Assembly (NCBI GenBank): GCA_965218095.1
Contig: OZ244587.1
Coordinates: 4,000,001-4,064,000, forward strand
From: Candidatus Poribacteria bacterium
GTDB taxonomy: Bacteria; Poribacteria; WGA-4E; PCPOR2b
Reading direction: 5' to 3'
Length of the DNA: 64,000 bases
Every line of letters begins with the position of its first letter. Positions within the stretch are counted from its first letter, which is position 1. Shown here piece by piece: positions 41,712-51,835 of this stretch. The notes under the pieces are model-generated. The model ran no database searches. It was not told where the DNA came from and worked only from the letters and a program-made list of their open reading frames with translations. A program made the translations under genes and the position numbers.

Positions 41712-43058
41712 ATGAAATCATTCAGAAACAGAAGCACAGGAAAACAGAGATTGCCCGCAAATTGGGGCAAACATGTTGCGAATACATGGATGCTCCTTCT
41801 GCCAATACTCATCATCGCCTGTGGCAGCTCGCTTGGGAAGATCCAAATGGAAAATGTTGATGCCGTTATCACAAAATCTGAAACTATCATTGAACAGGCG
41901 CGCCTTGGCAACGCTCAAGCCCTTGTCCCGCAAACGTTGCAGGGGGCAGAAAGCGCTCTTGAAAGTGCAAAGGAGGCAGTGAAAACGAAGGACGAAATGG
42001 AGGCGATCCGTCTGGCTTATGATGCACTGACTCAGGCACGAATTGCGGAGCAAGAGGCGATGTACAAATCGCAAGAGGAAGGGCTGAATGCCATCATTCA
42101 ACGAAAGAAAGCGGAAATCTCTGGGCTTCAAGCAAACCTGAGAACAGTGGATGCAGAACTCGGAAAGACTCGAACTGAGATGCAGCAACTGGATATGCAG
42201 AAGAGTCAGTTGCAAGCCGAGATGGATGGGAAAATTCGGGAAGTTGAACATGAGCACCAGAAGGCATTACACGATTATAGTACAACGAAAACCGAACTTG
42301 AACAACTTCAGTCAAAGTTGGATACCACCAAAACACAACTCCTCCAGGCGCAAAATAAGGCCGAGGCGCACGAGCGTCAGATTTACCAATTGCGTCGTGA
42401 GCTTGCGCTTGCGCAATCGATGGTAAAAGAGGCTCGGAAAGAAGCGGAGGAAGCGCAGACGAAGGCAACTGCGCAGGCACAGAGCTACTCAAAGCAGATT
42501 GAACAACTGGACCAATCCAACGTGCTTAAACGAAGGAAAGATATGCTGGCTCGGAAAAGACGGGAAGCACAGGCTTATGTCCAGCGTCAGAAGGCACGAG
42601 AACCTGCTCGAACCGGAAGCACCTCACTAACCGACGAACAGATTGCAAAGGGCAAAGCGGTAATCAACGATTGGGCGCTCGCATGGGCGGCAAGAGATAT
42701 AAACCAACATTTGAGTGAGTATACCCAGGATGCAACCGTAGAGCAGATTGTTATTCGCTCAAGTAGCGAGGAGTGCACCTATCTGAACCGCATACAGCTA
42801 ATTGATGCCCTCAAAAGGATGGTAGATGCACAGTGGAAAGAAACAGATTCCGAGTTTAATGCCGATCGGGAGAGTGTTATTGGCACATATCGGTTCAATC
42901 GTCTTTCACAAGATGCGACGGGTGGAGAGCTCCCTGTCTTGTACGATGTATGGACACGGGAAGTCTGGGTCGGTCAAGTTGGCAATCAGTGGAAGATCCT
43001 TCGTGAAGTCTGGCGCATCTACGAAGATGTTCCCAAGTATGCAACTATTTTCAACTAG
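41712..43058 (+). CDS. putative lipoprotein: DUF4398-like helix, coiled coil, C-terminal NTF2-like domain
   Basis: Hydrophobic stretch ending IIAC; long A/E/K/Q heptad region; W..AW..RD...L..Y and WKILRE.W motifs; start uncertain. Confidence 0.6.
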   Translation: MKSFRNRSTGKQRLPANWGKHVANTWMLLLPILIIACGSSLGKIQMENVDAVITKSETIIEQARLGNAQALVPQTLQGAESALESAKEAVKTKDEMEAIRLAYDALTQARIAEQEAMYKSQEEGLNAIIQRKKAEISGLQANLRTVDAELGKTRTEMQQLDMQKSQLQAEMDGKIREVEHEHQKALHDYSTTKTELEQLQSKLDTTKTQLLQAQNKAEAHERQIYQLRRELALAQSMVKEARKEAEEAQTKATAQAQSYSKQIEQLDQSNVLKRRKDMLARKRREAQAYVQRQKAREPARTGSTSLTDEQIAKGKAVINDWALAWAARDINQHLSEYTQDATVEQIVIRSSSEECTYLNRIQLIDALKRMVDAQWKETDSEFNADRESVIGTYRFNRLSQDATGGELPVLYDVWTREVWVGQVGNQWKILREVWRIYEDVPKYATIFN

Positions 43059-43877
43059 GTTCTGTTGACATTTCAACGGAGCCATAGTAAGAGTGGAGAC
43101 AAAGCTGAGAAATCCAAAATAACGGATAGCTAACTTCTCGAACCGAGAGAAGATGCGGCGATACCATTTTATCTTGTTAATGAAACATTCAACCAGATGT
43201 CTCTCTTTGTACAGATGTTTGTCGTAATCTCTTTAATCCACACGATGACTTTTGGGCGGTATCACCGCAATCGCTCCATTCGCCTCAATAACAGCGATAA
43301 AATTGTCGGAGTCATATCCCTTGTCTCCAATCACATACTCGCTTTTATATCCAAGTATCAACCCTTCTGCTTCTGCTATGTCGTTTCTTTGACCGGGTGT
43401 CAGATGTATTCTTAGGGGATTACCCAGGCCGTCAACTGTGATGTGAATTTTTGTACTGAATCCCCCGCGAGAGCAGCCTAACGCTTGGTTTTCAGTGCCA
43501 CCCTTTTTTTTCGGCACCCGCCGCACACGGGTGTGCTCGAATGATTGTACTGTCCACAATAAGCGACTCGATATCGGGGTCGGCGGCGAAGTGGGGGTGC
43601 ATCTGTGTGAAGATACCTTTGTCGCACCACCGTGCAAAACGCTTATAGAGGGTGTTCGATTTACCATAGGTGTCTGGCAGAATCCGCCATTGAGCACCGC
43701 TACGGGTCGCCCAGAGAACCGCTTCGATAAAGCGGCGTATTGTCGCTTCGTTGCCAACATAGATATTGGGACAAGTTAGAAGAAACGAGTATATCTTTTT
43801 CCATTGGTTATCGGGTAAGGTTATTGGCATCATTCTTCTATTATGCCACAACCTTATACTCAAATGTCAACAGAACC
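43058..43877 (-). mobile_element. IS5-family element copy 3, transposase split with a premature TAA
   Basis: Perfect 16-bp IRs; CTAA target with TA duplicated. Confidence 0.9.
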
Positions 43878-43930
43878 TAATATCATTTCGATTTGAAATA
43901 ACGCATTACTGTCTACCGTATGCGACCTCA

Positions 43931-44071
43931 TGTCATCTTGAGGGAGTCTAAGCGACCGAAGCATCTCTATCTTGAGATGCTTCGCAAAGCGCTCAGCATG
44001 ACAGTATAAATCTAATAGAGCAAAGCGAAGGCTCTCTCCGACAGAGACTCTTCGCTTCGCTCAGAGTGACA
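43931..44071. repeat. two adjacent TGTCA-type REP-like palindromes
   Basis: TGTCATCTTGAG...GAAGCATCTC/GAGATGCTTC...CTCAGCATGACA and GAGCAAAGCGAAG...CTTCGCTTCGCTCAGAGTGACA. Confidence 0.65.
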
Positions 44072-44097
44072 TCTTACGTACTTAGGAGGATAGATCG

Positions 44098-45195
44098 ATG
44101 CGTACATTCGGTTCCACAAAACAAATGATTCAATCGGGCAAAACGGAATTTATACGCCTGTATCACAATCCGAACACCCGCTTTGCCATGATCGGCATTA
44201 TCGGCGCGTTCATTATCATCTTGGGCATGATCCTCGGGCTGAAGGTCTTTGAGAAGGAGGATTCGATTGAGATGCTCGTCCAACGGTGGAAGGAAGCTAT
44301 CGAATCGAAAAAGCCGGCGTTGTATCAGGGGCTGTGGGATTCGACCGCACAAAGCAAAAATTGGAATCAGTACAAGCGGGCGTTGAAACTCTTTAGCAAG
44401 GAAAAGGTCGAAGCGGATATAAGCGGCCTCGTCCCCCGAAAAGATTTCAGGAATGAGAATCGCCAGCGGATTGAACGCATCCCCGTAACGCTCTATCAGG
44501 ACGGTGAGGTACTCGTCACGCTCTACCGCGATTTGATCGTTGAGAAGAAGGGAATGTGGCAGCGTTGGAAGCTAATAAACGACAAAATTCGCAATGAGCT
44601 TGAATACCCTGAGGCCACCGAGGAACCGCTCGTTCAAGAAACGCCTGTTCGCTCCGCCGACCTGATAGCTTCAAGTACCCCATTTCAGCGCGTCAATGAT
44701 CCAGCAGTACCCAGAACCGTTACGCCAGATATATCTTCGCCAATTGCTGGTGGAGCGCCTCTTGATATAAAACTCAAGTTGAACCAGATTTTGGGGGAAT
44801 GGCAGGAGGCGTGGCAGGGAAAAAATCTCAAGAGATATATGTCGAAATATGCAGAGGAGGCGGAGATTACGCGGGTCACTGTTAGCGGTGGCAAGGAGTA
44901 TCCGACCCGATTGAACAAAGGACAGTTGCGAGAGAAGATGAAAATCCTCAATAGAAGGTATAGCAAAATCGAGGTGTACGTCTCCAATTTGCAGATCAAC
45001 GGGGATAATGCGGTGGCGGATGTCGGTTTTCTGCAGGAGTTCATCAGCGCCCTTGCAGCCGGCAGTCAACCAGCTTATTCAGATTACGGTACGAAGAAGC
45101 TGACTTTCATGGTCGACCCTGCTGACGGTCTCTGGAAGATTTACTCGGAAAGCTGGAAGCTTTATAAGGACGTTCCCAAGTATCCGAAGCTCTAA
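44098..45195 (+). CDS. membrane-anchored protein with two NTF2-like domains
   Basis: One TM helix; WKEAIESK..WKL domain; Pro-rich linker; WQEAWQGKNL..Y...Y, FLQEF, YSDYGTKKL, WKIYSESW. Confidence 0.65.
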   Translation: MRTFGSTKQMIQSGKTEFIRLYHNPNTRFAMIGIIGAFIIILGMILGLKVFEKEDSIEMLVQRWKEAIESKKPALYQGLWDSTAQSKNWNQYKRALKLFSKEKVEADISGLVPRKDFRNENRQRIERIPVTLYQDGEVLVTLYRDLIVEKKGMWQRWKLINDKIRNELEYPEATEEPLVQETPVRSADLIASSTPFQRVNDPAVPRTVTPDISSPIAGGAPLDIKLKLNQILGEWQEAWQGKNLKRYMSKYAEEAEITRVTVSGGKEYPTRLNKGQLREKMKILNRRYSKIEVYVSNLQINGDNAVADVGFLQEFISALAAGSQPAYSDYGTKKLTFMVDPADGLWKIYSESWKLYKDVPKYPKL

Positions 45196-45229
45196 TTGCT
45201 CCGGATGGAATTGATATGAACTGTCTACG

Positions 45230-45271
45230 AAAATCCCCTAACGCCTCAATGGGTGTTAGGGGATTTTTTTT
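45230..45271 (+). terminator. rho-independent terminator
   Basis: AAAATCCCCTAACGCC / GGTGTTAGGGGATTTT stem followed by a T run, 35 bp after the stop. Confidence 0.8.
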
Positions 45272-45672
45272 AGAATTTTGAGATTAATCTTTTATCTAAG
45301 CTGTGATACAATTTTTTGCTTACGGTTAAAACGGGTCAAATGTGAGAGGTTGAATGCCTCGTTAGATCAGCCCCTAAGGCATGGTATCAAATAACTTGGA
45401 CATCTTGTCACTCTGAGGTGCCGCGAGGGGTCTGGCGTCACTGAGATTCTTCGTAAAGCCTCTATTAGACATGTGTTGGTAGAAAATGCCGCCAAGTTGC
45501 TTTGAATCCCGATCCATCAGGGCTTGTCCGGCGTATTGATGGAACAAGCGAGCAGTGCTCGTCCGAGAATCGGACACGTTCTACCTGGGCAATTGTAGAA
45601 TCAGTTCGCCAATCCATAATACCAAACATTAACGTTTTGCAGCAGTCAATGCTGTAAGGAGGTTCTTTCAAA

Positions 45673-45999
45673 ATGAGAAGTCAGTTTCATCTAAGAAATT
45701 CCCTACTGGCCGTTGTGCTCTTTCTGATCATTCTGAACACAAGTGTTCAGGCAGATCCGGAGGGCATCGTCGGGGCCCCCGTCCAATCCCACATTACGCC
45801 GGCGGTAAGGGATTTGCCGCGGCATAAGCTTAAAGGCGCCGCCGCTCCAGTTGACCTTCCACCCCAGCAGACATATGGCAAAATCAATTTGAATCGCTCT
45901 GAGGGTGGGTTAGATCCCTTGTTGCAAGTTCAGGCCAATGTGCAGCTTTCAGTCCATGGCAATGCGCAAAGGACGTTTGCACCACCTTATCTGCATTGA
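45673..45999 (+). CDS. signal-peptide hypothetical protein, probably a truncated remnant
   Basis: AAGGAGG RBS, signal peptide ending VQA, short ORF. Confidence 0.45.
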   Translation: MRSQFHLRNSLLAVVLFLIILNTSVQADPEGIVGAPVQSHITPAVRDLPRHKLKGAAAPVDLPPQQTYGKINLNRSEGGLDPLLQVQANVQLSVHGNAQRTFAPPYLH

Positions 46000-46271
46000 G
46001 AAAAACTAGCACAAGTCGTTATGGCTGGTATTTTGTAGTCATCAAGATGATCATAGATACTATCGGTGTCCCGATCATCTACGGTATAAATCCGTTCGTT
46101 CGGATTATTCGTGCTATATCCCATCCGAGCACCTCTCCTCCCGTCAATAGGTAGCAACTTGGGGCCATTATGTTGACCACGAACCGGCTTCACTACACTA
46201 TAGTGGGTATTTGTAAATAAGTATTTGCTTTGTCAGGGAAAATGGGTTATACTTTCAAAAAATCGCCACAG

Positions 46272-46300
46272 GAATCCCCTGGCTTCAGCTATGGAGAGGA
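46272..46300 (+). mobile_element. IS200/IS605-like right-end remnant
   Basis: GGAATCCCCTGGCTTCAGCTATGGAGAGG resembles the subterminal hairpin that follows tnpB; no tnpB present. Confidence 0.4.
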
Positions 46301-46405
46301 ATACAGCATTTTCCGATTGTCTGAATTTGATTCGTTGGTTATAATCAATTTAATCCGTCGAACGGACAGCCAACGTTATATTTTAAACAGGAGGTTTTTT
46401 TCATC

Positions 46406-47254
46406 ATGGGAGACTATGTTCACCCTGAAGTGTTAGTGACTACCGACTGGGTTGCGCAGCACGGCAGCGACGCGGGTATTGGCTTGTTGGAAGTGGATGT
46501 GGATACGACAGCTTACGACGAAGGACACATTGAAGGGTCTATTGGACTCAACTGGCAGACCCAACTTTGCGACCAGGTGCGGCGCGACATTTTAACGAAG
46601 GATCAGTTCGACCAGTTGTGCAGCGAGTCTGGCATCAGCAATGACACCACCATTATCTTCTATGGCGACAATAACAACTGGTTCGCCACGTACGCCCTCT
46701 GGCAATTCCGTTACTATGGGCATGACGAGAGCAAGCTGAAGGTGATGGATGGTGGACGCCAGAAATGGATTGATGAAGGCCGTGAGTTAGTAACGGACGT
46801 GCCTTCATATCCTGCCACGAACTACAAAGCGAAATTCCCTGACGACAATGTGCGGGCGACGAAAGACCACATTCTGCCAACGCTCAATCTGGGGGTCATC
46901 AACCTTGTGGACGTGCGCTCTCCGGCGGAGTTCACCGGTGAGATCATTGCACCTCCGGGATTGCCCGAAACCGCGCAGCGCCCCGGACGCATCCCCGGCG
47001 CAGCAAACATTCCGTGGGCGACAGCGGTCGCTGAAAACGGCACCTTCAAGTCTTACGATGAACTCAAGGAGATCTACGAAGGGGCGGGTGTCGATCCGGA
47101 CAACGAGACGATTGCCTACTGCCGCATTGGGGAGCGTTCTTCGCATACGTGGTTTGCCTTGAAGTATCTGTTAGGCTATGAAAAAGTGCGCAATTACGAT
47201 GGTAGCTGGACAGAGTGGGGGAACCTCGTCGGTGCGCCTATCGCCAAAGGTTAA
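46406..47254 (+). CDS. tandem-domain sulfurtransferase (CysA/SseA-like)
   Basis: YDEGHI, LVDVRSPAEF, YCRIGERS, NYDGSWTEW. Confidence 0.92.
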   Translation: MGDYVHPEVLVTTDWVAQHGSDAGIGLLEVDVDTTAYDEGHIEGSIGLNWQTQLCDQVRRDILTKDQFDQLCSESGISNDTTIIFYGDNNNWFATYALWQFRYYGHDESKLKVMDGGRQKWIDEGRELVTDVPSYPATNYKAKFPDDNVRATKDHILPTLNLGVINLVDVRSPAEFTGEIIAPPGLPETAQRPGRIPGAANIPWATAVAENGTFKSYDELKEIYEGAGVDPDNETIAYCRIGERSSHTWFALKYLLGYEKVRNYDGSWTEWGNLVGAPIAKG

Positions 47255-47259
47255 TCGAT

Positions 47260-47312
47260 CGTGAGTTGGTGAGCTCCCGTTTATTTGCCATTTTTGAACT
47301 CACCAACTCACG
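47260..47312. repeat. 14-bp perfect inverted repeat
   Basis: CGTGAGTTGGTGAG ... CTCACCAACTCACG right after the sulfurtransferase stop. Confidence 0.6.
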
Positions 47313-47336
47313 CTTCATCTGAGGTTGGAGTTTGCG

Positions 47337-47615
47337 ATGCCCAAATTTGTTTCCGCCCATATTATCGCCTGCATGACACGGCAGCAAGTGGAAAGATTGG
47401 CCAAGCAGTTTATGGAGGAGGAAAGCGACGGGGTCAAGAGCTTGCGGGTGCAATGTGACACGATGCTTGGTCGGATGGTCTGTGAGTGGGAAGCTCCGGA
47501 TCGAAATACACTCGTCGAGTGGCTGAAAAAGCGTCATGTGCATTTTCGCGGTGGTGGGGAGTGGGTGATGCACGTGCAGATTGAGGCCGTGGAGGGGGAT
47601 GTTGTCCGGCTGTGA
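47337..47615 (+). CDS. DUF4242/SCO4226-like small protein
   Basis: MPKFVSAH...GRMVCEWEAPD. Confidence 0.55.
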   Translation: MPKFVSAHIIACMTRQQVERLAKQFMEEESDGVKSLRVQCDTMLGRMVCEWEAPDRNTLVEWLKKRHVHFRGGGEWVMHVQIEAVEGDVVRL

Positions 47616-47809
47616 TACCGGCTCATCGATTAACAGGACACAAAACAATGAGATAAATCTGCAGTTCGGAGATCCGGGACTGTTCCCACTTATGGAGGGC
47701 GGATACATAGTGTCAATGGTTAGGGAGAGTGAGTCCTACTTCTTTTTAGGGCTGCGCTTTCAAACAGGTGATTGACCACTCAAACATACAAGCAACCTTT
47801 GAAATGAGC

Positions 47810-48113
47810 GCATCATCGATTTATACTGTCCAGATCCAGCGAAATGGATCGATTGGAAAATCCGAAAGGTGACCTGAAAATGACAGAATGTTACTTTTGC
47901 CGAGGTGCAATCCGTCCTCAAAAGATTGATCGCGTTCATCGCTAGGGTAGTCAGATTCTTTTTTTGAAAGAGCTCCCAGCGGAAGTGTGCGAAAACTGCG
48001 GTGAAATCTATTTTGGTCCCGAAGCCTTAAATCTCATGGACGACACAGTGAAAGAAAAAATGCCTGTTATTGAAACCATCCAAATCCCTGTTGTTTCCTT
48101 CGCGTCCTCGTAG
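47810..48113 (+). pseudogene. decayed DUF4258 / YgiT-type zinc finger toxin-antitoxin pair
   Basis: DUF4258-like tail LYCPDPAKWIDWKIR; MTECYFCRG...HR* then shifted PAEVCENCGE.YF...IPVVSF. Confidence 0.75.
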
Positions 48114-48170
48114 AATCAGCGAACCAGCGAATTGTCTTACGTTTCACGCATCACGCAAAGGAACTTCACC

Positions 48171-49040
48171 GTGCATTACCTAACACGCCAGATTGCTTTT
48201 GAAGCCTCACACCATTATCGTATTCTTGAACTCAGCGGTGAGGAGAATTACGCACTTTTTGGATCTCCTGCAAATCCAAACGGTCATGGGCATAACTATG
48301 TCCTTGAGGCAACGGTCAAAGGAAAAGTGAACCCCGAGAATGAGATGGTTATCAATATCACAGATCTGGACAAGGTTCTCAAAGAACAGGTTGTTGCCTA
48401 CTATGATCACAAGCATATCAACATACAGCACCCTACCTTTGTCAATAACCCACATTTGCAACCCACGAGCGAGAACTTAGTGATTCAGATCTGGTACGCG
48501 ATCGAGCCGCATCTGAAGGTTGAACGAAGTGAAATCCTCGATCGAAGATCGGGGAGGACAATCCTGCACTGTATCAGGCTGTATGAAGATTCAACCCTGT
48601 TTGCTGACTATTATGGAGAACGGCAAATGGTCTATCTCACGAAAGTGTACGAATTCAGCGCATCACATCGGTTGCACAGCCCACAACTCAGCAATGAGGA
48701 AAACCAGGAGATCTTCGGCAAGTGTAACAATTTTTACGGTCACGGACACAACTATATACTTGAGGTGACCATTAAGGGTGAGGTTGATCCAAGAACCGGG
48801 ATGATTGCTGATCTGAACTTTCTCGATGAAACGATTCAGAAGCAGGTCTATGGGCGATTCGATCACAAGCATCTTAACCTTGATACCCCTGAGTTTGAGC
48901 ACCTCAACCCGACTTCTGAGAATTTTGTCCGGGTGCTCTGGGATGTTATTGAACCGAGCCTCAAACCCATCAAGTTGCATCGCCTTCGATTGAAGGAGAC
49001 GTCTAAGAACTATTTTGATTACTACGGAGACGCAGTTTAG
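48171..49040 (+). CDS. two-domain 6-pyruvoyl-tetrahydropterin synthase (PTPS/QueD family)
   Basis: Two T-fold units with F.ASH, HGHNY, DHKH and PTSEN; domain 2 has C-X5-HGH. Confidence 0.88.
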   Translation: MHYLTRQIAFEASHHYRILELSGEENYALFGSPANPNGHGHNYVLEATVKGKVNPENEMVINITDLDKVLKEQVVAYYDHKHINIQHPTFVNNPHLQPTSENLVIQIWYAIEPHLKVERSEILDRRSGRTILHCIRLYEDSTLFADYYGERQMVYLTKVYEFSASHRLHSPQLSNEENQEIFGKCNNFYGHGHNYILEVTIKGEVDPRTGMIADLNFLDETIQKQVYGRFDHKHLNLDTPEFEHLNPTSENFVRVLWDVIEPSLKPIKLHRLRLKETSKNYFDYYGDAV

Positions 49041-49043
49041 CCG

Positions 49044-49646
49044 ATGAAGATTTATACTGCCGAATCACTAGAGGATGAAACAATTACCGCCGATCCAAAA
49101 CTTGAATACATCTACGCTCAAATGCTGGAAAGTATCGGCGAGGATCCGACGCGGCAAGGCCTACTTAAAACGCCTCATCGTGCGGCGAAAGCCCTTCACT
49201 TCTTGACGCAAGGCTACCACCAAAATGTCGAGGCAATTTTGAACGGTGCAATCTTTGACGAGGAATACGATGAGATGGTCATCGTTAAGGATATCGAGTT
49301 TTATAGCCTCTGTGAGCATCATATTTTACCATTTTTTGGCAAGTGTCATGTTGGGTATATCCCCCACGAAAAAATCATTGGACTCAGTAAAATCCCGCGG
49401 ATTGTAGATATGTTTTCTCGCCGACTGCAAATTCAAGAAAAGCTGACCCGACAGATTGCGGAAGCGCTGCAAGAAGGACTAAATCCGCTTGGTGTCGCTG
49501 TAGTCATGGAAGCGCGGCACATGTGCATGATGGTTCGTGGTATACAAAAGCAGCACTCGAAAGCGACGACCAACGTGATGCTCGGCGCGTTTCGAGACAA
49601 AAGTTCAACTCGCGCGGAGTTCATGAGATGTATTCAGATCTCATAG
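49044..49646 (+). CDS. folE: GTP cyclohydrolase I
   Basis: [35 protein letters not shown]. Confidence 0.96.
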   Translation: MKIYTAESLEDETITADPKLEYIYAQMLESIGEDPTRQGLLKTPHRAAKALHFLTQGYHQNVEAILNGAIFDEEYDEMVIVKDIEFYSLCEHHILPFFGKCHVGYIPHEKIIGLSKIPRIVDMFSRRLQIQEKLTRQIAEALQEGLNPLGVAVVMEARHMCMMVRGIQKQHSKATTNVMLGAFRDKSSTRAEFMRCIQIS

Positions 49647-49677
49647 GTAGAGCCGCCCCGTTGCGGGGGATTTCGCT

Positions 49678-50415
49678 ATGCTCAACTTGAAGGGAATGGA
49701 AACGCTGAAGGACAAAGTTGCAATTATTACAGGGGCATCACGCGGCGTTGGTCGAGCAACAACTCTAGCTTTTGCGCAGGCAGGTGCGAAGGTTGTCCTC
49801 GCATCACGCACACGGAAAGAGCTCGAAACGGTTGCAAATCTCATACGCACGAACAGTGGGGAAGCCCTCGTTGTGCCGACAGATGTGACACAGGAAGACG
49901 CGGTGGAAGCCCTGATTGAGCAAACTCTGGAGGCATATCAGCAAATCGATATTCTTGTGAACAACGCGGGAATCGGAATCTTCGAGATGGTAATCGATTC
50001 TGATTCGGAGACGTGGGATCAAGTAATTGACTCAAACCTCAAAAGCGTCTATCTTTGCTCAAGGTATGCACTGCGCTCCATGCTTACGCGTCAATCCGGT
50101 CAAATTATCAATGTGCTGTCGATTGCCGCGAAAATTCCGTTCAAAGCATCGAGCGCGTACTGTGCGGCAAAGGCGGGCGCCCTGGCATTTACGAAGGTTT
50201 TGTCGGAGGAGGTCAGGGATAAGAATATTCGGGTTACGGCTGTTTCCCCCGGATCGATCAAAACTTCATTCTGGGATGACATTGAGCAACACCCAGGTTT
50301 TGAACTGATGTTGAAACCAGAGCATGTTGCGGAAACGATCCTCTTCGCTACGACTCAGCCGGTTGGCATGGTCACTGAAGAAATCGTCGTCACCCCGCCA
50401 CTCGGAATTTTGTAG
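49678..50415 (+). CDS. SDR oxidoreductase, candidate sepiapterin reductase
   Basis: TGASRGVG, NNAG, S...YCAAK; directly follows PTPS and folE. Confidence 0.8.
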   Translation: MLNLKGMETLKDKVAIITGASRGVGRATTLAFAQAGAKVVLASRTRKELETVANLIRTNSGEALVVPTDVTQEDAVEALIEQTLEAYQQIDILVNNAGIGIFEMVIDSDSETWDQVIDSNLKSVYLCSRYALRSMLTRQSGQIINVLSIAAKIPFKASSAYCAAKAGALAFTKVLSEEVRDKNIRVTAVSPGSIKTSFWDDIEQHPGFELMLKPEHVAETILFATTQPVGMVTEEIVVTPPLGIL

Positions 50416-50453
50416 TGGACAGTGCCCCCCGATCTTTGATCGGGGTTAAACCA

Positions 50454-51833
50454 TCACGTGCCACGTCTGATAAAACTGCCAAACTTATTGCGGATGCATA
50501 CCCTGCGAATGCTACGCATATCGGCGTCGGAGATAGTGATATAGAAGGTGTCCATTTCAACCGTCTCCCCCGGTTTGGGAATTGTGCCTGCCTGCTCAAG
50601 GATGTAACCCGCAATTGTTTCGTAATCGCCTGACGGAATTTGCAAGCCGAACTGATCGTTTAATATATCAATTTCCGTGCGTCCCTCGCATTCGAGGATT
50701 CTTGGGCTGATGACGCGGATAAGATGGACTTCATCGCGTTCATCCGAGACCTCACCGACAATCTCTTCGACCAGATCTTCAACGGTGACAAGTCCGACAA
50801 TACCACCATACTCATCGACGACAAACACCATTGTGTGGTGACTTTGTTGAATCTCTTTCAGAAGAACATTGATGTTCTTTGACTCAGGGACGAACTGGAT
50901 GTCCGTGCGGATAAATGTCTGGATGGTTTGCGTGTTCCCGTTTGCATAGATGACATCCAACACATTAACGATTCCGATGATATTATAGATCTGTTCATCG
51001 TAAATCGGTATACGAGAAAAACCGGATTCCGACGTAACCCTGTAGAACGTTTCAATATCCGTCTCCTTCTCTACAGCAACAATATCAACGAGAGGCGCCA
51101 TCACTTGTTCAACAGTGCGGGTTTGCAGGTCGAGGACGCTATGAATCATTTGGCGCTGATCTCTCAGGATTTCGCCGGACTGTTCTCCCATTGTCGCCAA
51201 CAGACGTAATTCATCGCGCCGGGCATCTGGCGAAGTAGATTCAGTGTTTTTGCCGACAATCTTTACGAGAAAATCTGTCAAGTATGTCACAACATTTACG
51301 ATAACGCCTAAGATGATTTCAGAGATTCGTAGCGGATAGGCATAGCGTAAGGTAAGGGCGTTCGCTTTGGCACGGAAGATGGTTTTGGGTAGAAGCTCAC
51401 CAAAGATTAGTACGAGCACTGTTGTGACGCTTGTTGCAACCTGTGTTCGTGTTGCCTCTGATGCATCTAACAGCACGATCACAAGCAATAGCACAAGTTG
51501 TGCGACAATGACGTTCGCCAGATTGGTTCCGACAAGCGTCATTCCAAGCATCTTTTCAGGTCTTTTGAGGAGATCTCTGATAATTTTCGCCCTTTTATTG
51601 TCTTCTTCAGCAAGCCGATTCATCTTGATCTTATCAACGGAGACTAATGCCGTTTCAGATCCGGAGTAGAAAGCAGATAATATTAGGAAAACAACTAGGC
51701 CGAGCGTGAGGAAGGCAATCCAAATGAGACTGGCCACTGTGAGTGAGACGAGGGAATCCAGTGGGGAAGTCGCACCCATTAGAAAACAGCAAAAAATCAA
51801 TAATATGAGGAATTTCAGACGGGGTACTCTCAT
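50454..51833 (-). CDS. CNNM/CorC (hemolysin-family) transporter
   Basis: FYSGSETAL, FGELLPK, CBS pair, VVDEYGG, CorC domain. Confidence 0.9.
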   Translation of the reverse strand: MRVPRLKFLILLIFCCFLMGATSPLDSLVSLTVASLIWIAFLTLGLVVFLILSAFYSGSETALVSVDKIKMNRLAEEDNKRAKIIRDLLKRPEKMLGMTLVGTNLANVIVAQLVLLLVIVLLDASEATRTQVATSVTTVLVLIFGELLPKTIFRAKANALTLRYAYPLRISEIILGVIVNVVTYLTDFLVKIVGKNTESTSPDARRDELRLLATMGEQSGEILRDQRQMIHSVLDLQTRTVEQVMAPLVDIVAVEKETDIETFYRVTSESGFSRIPIYDEQIYNIIGIVNVLDVIYANGNTQTIQTFIRTDIQFVPESKNINVLLKEIQQSHHTMVFVVDEYGGIVGLVTVEDLVEEIVGEVSDERDEVHLIRVISPRILECEGRTEIDILNDQFGLQIPSGDYETIAGYILEQAGTIPKPGETVEMDTFYITISDADMRSIRRVCIRNKFGSFIRRGT

Positions 51834-51835
51834 TT

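Noticed and set aside
45230-45271. CCTAAC...GTTAGG as an attC site
   Set aside because: Only about 25 bp between cores, no L boxes, and followed by a T run; fits a terminator
46200-46300. Active IS605/TnpB system
   Set aside because: Only a short end-like hairpin; no tnpA or tnpB ORF
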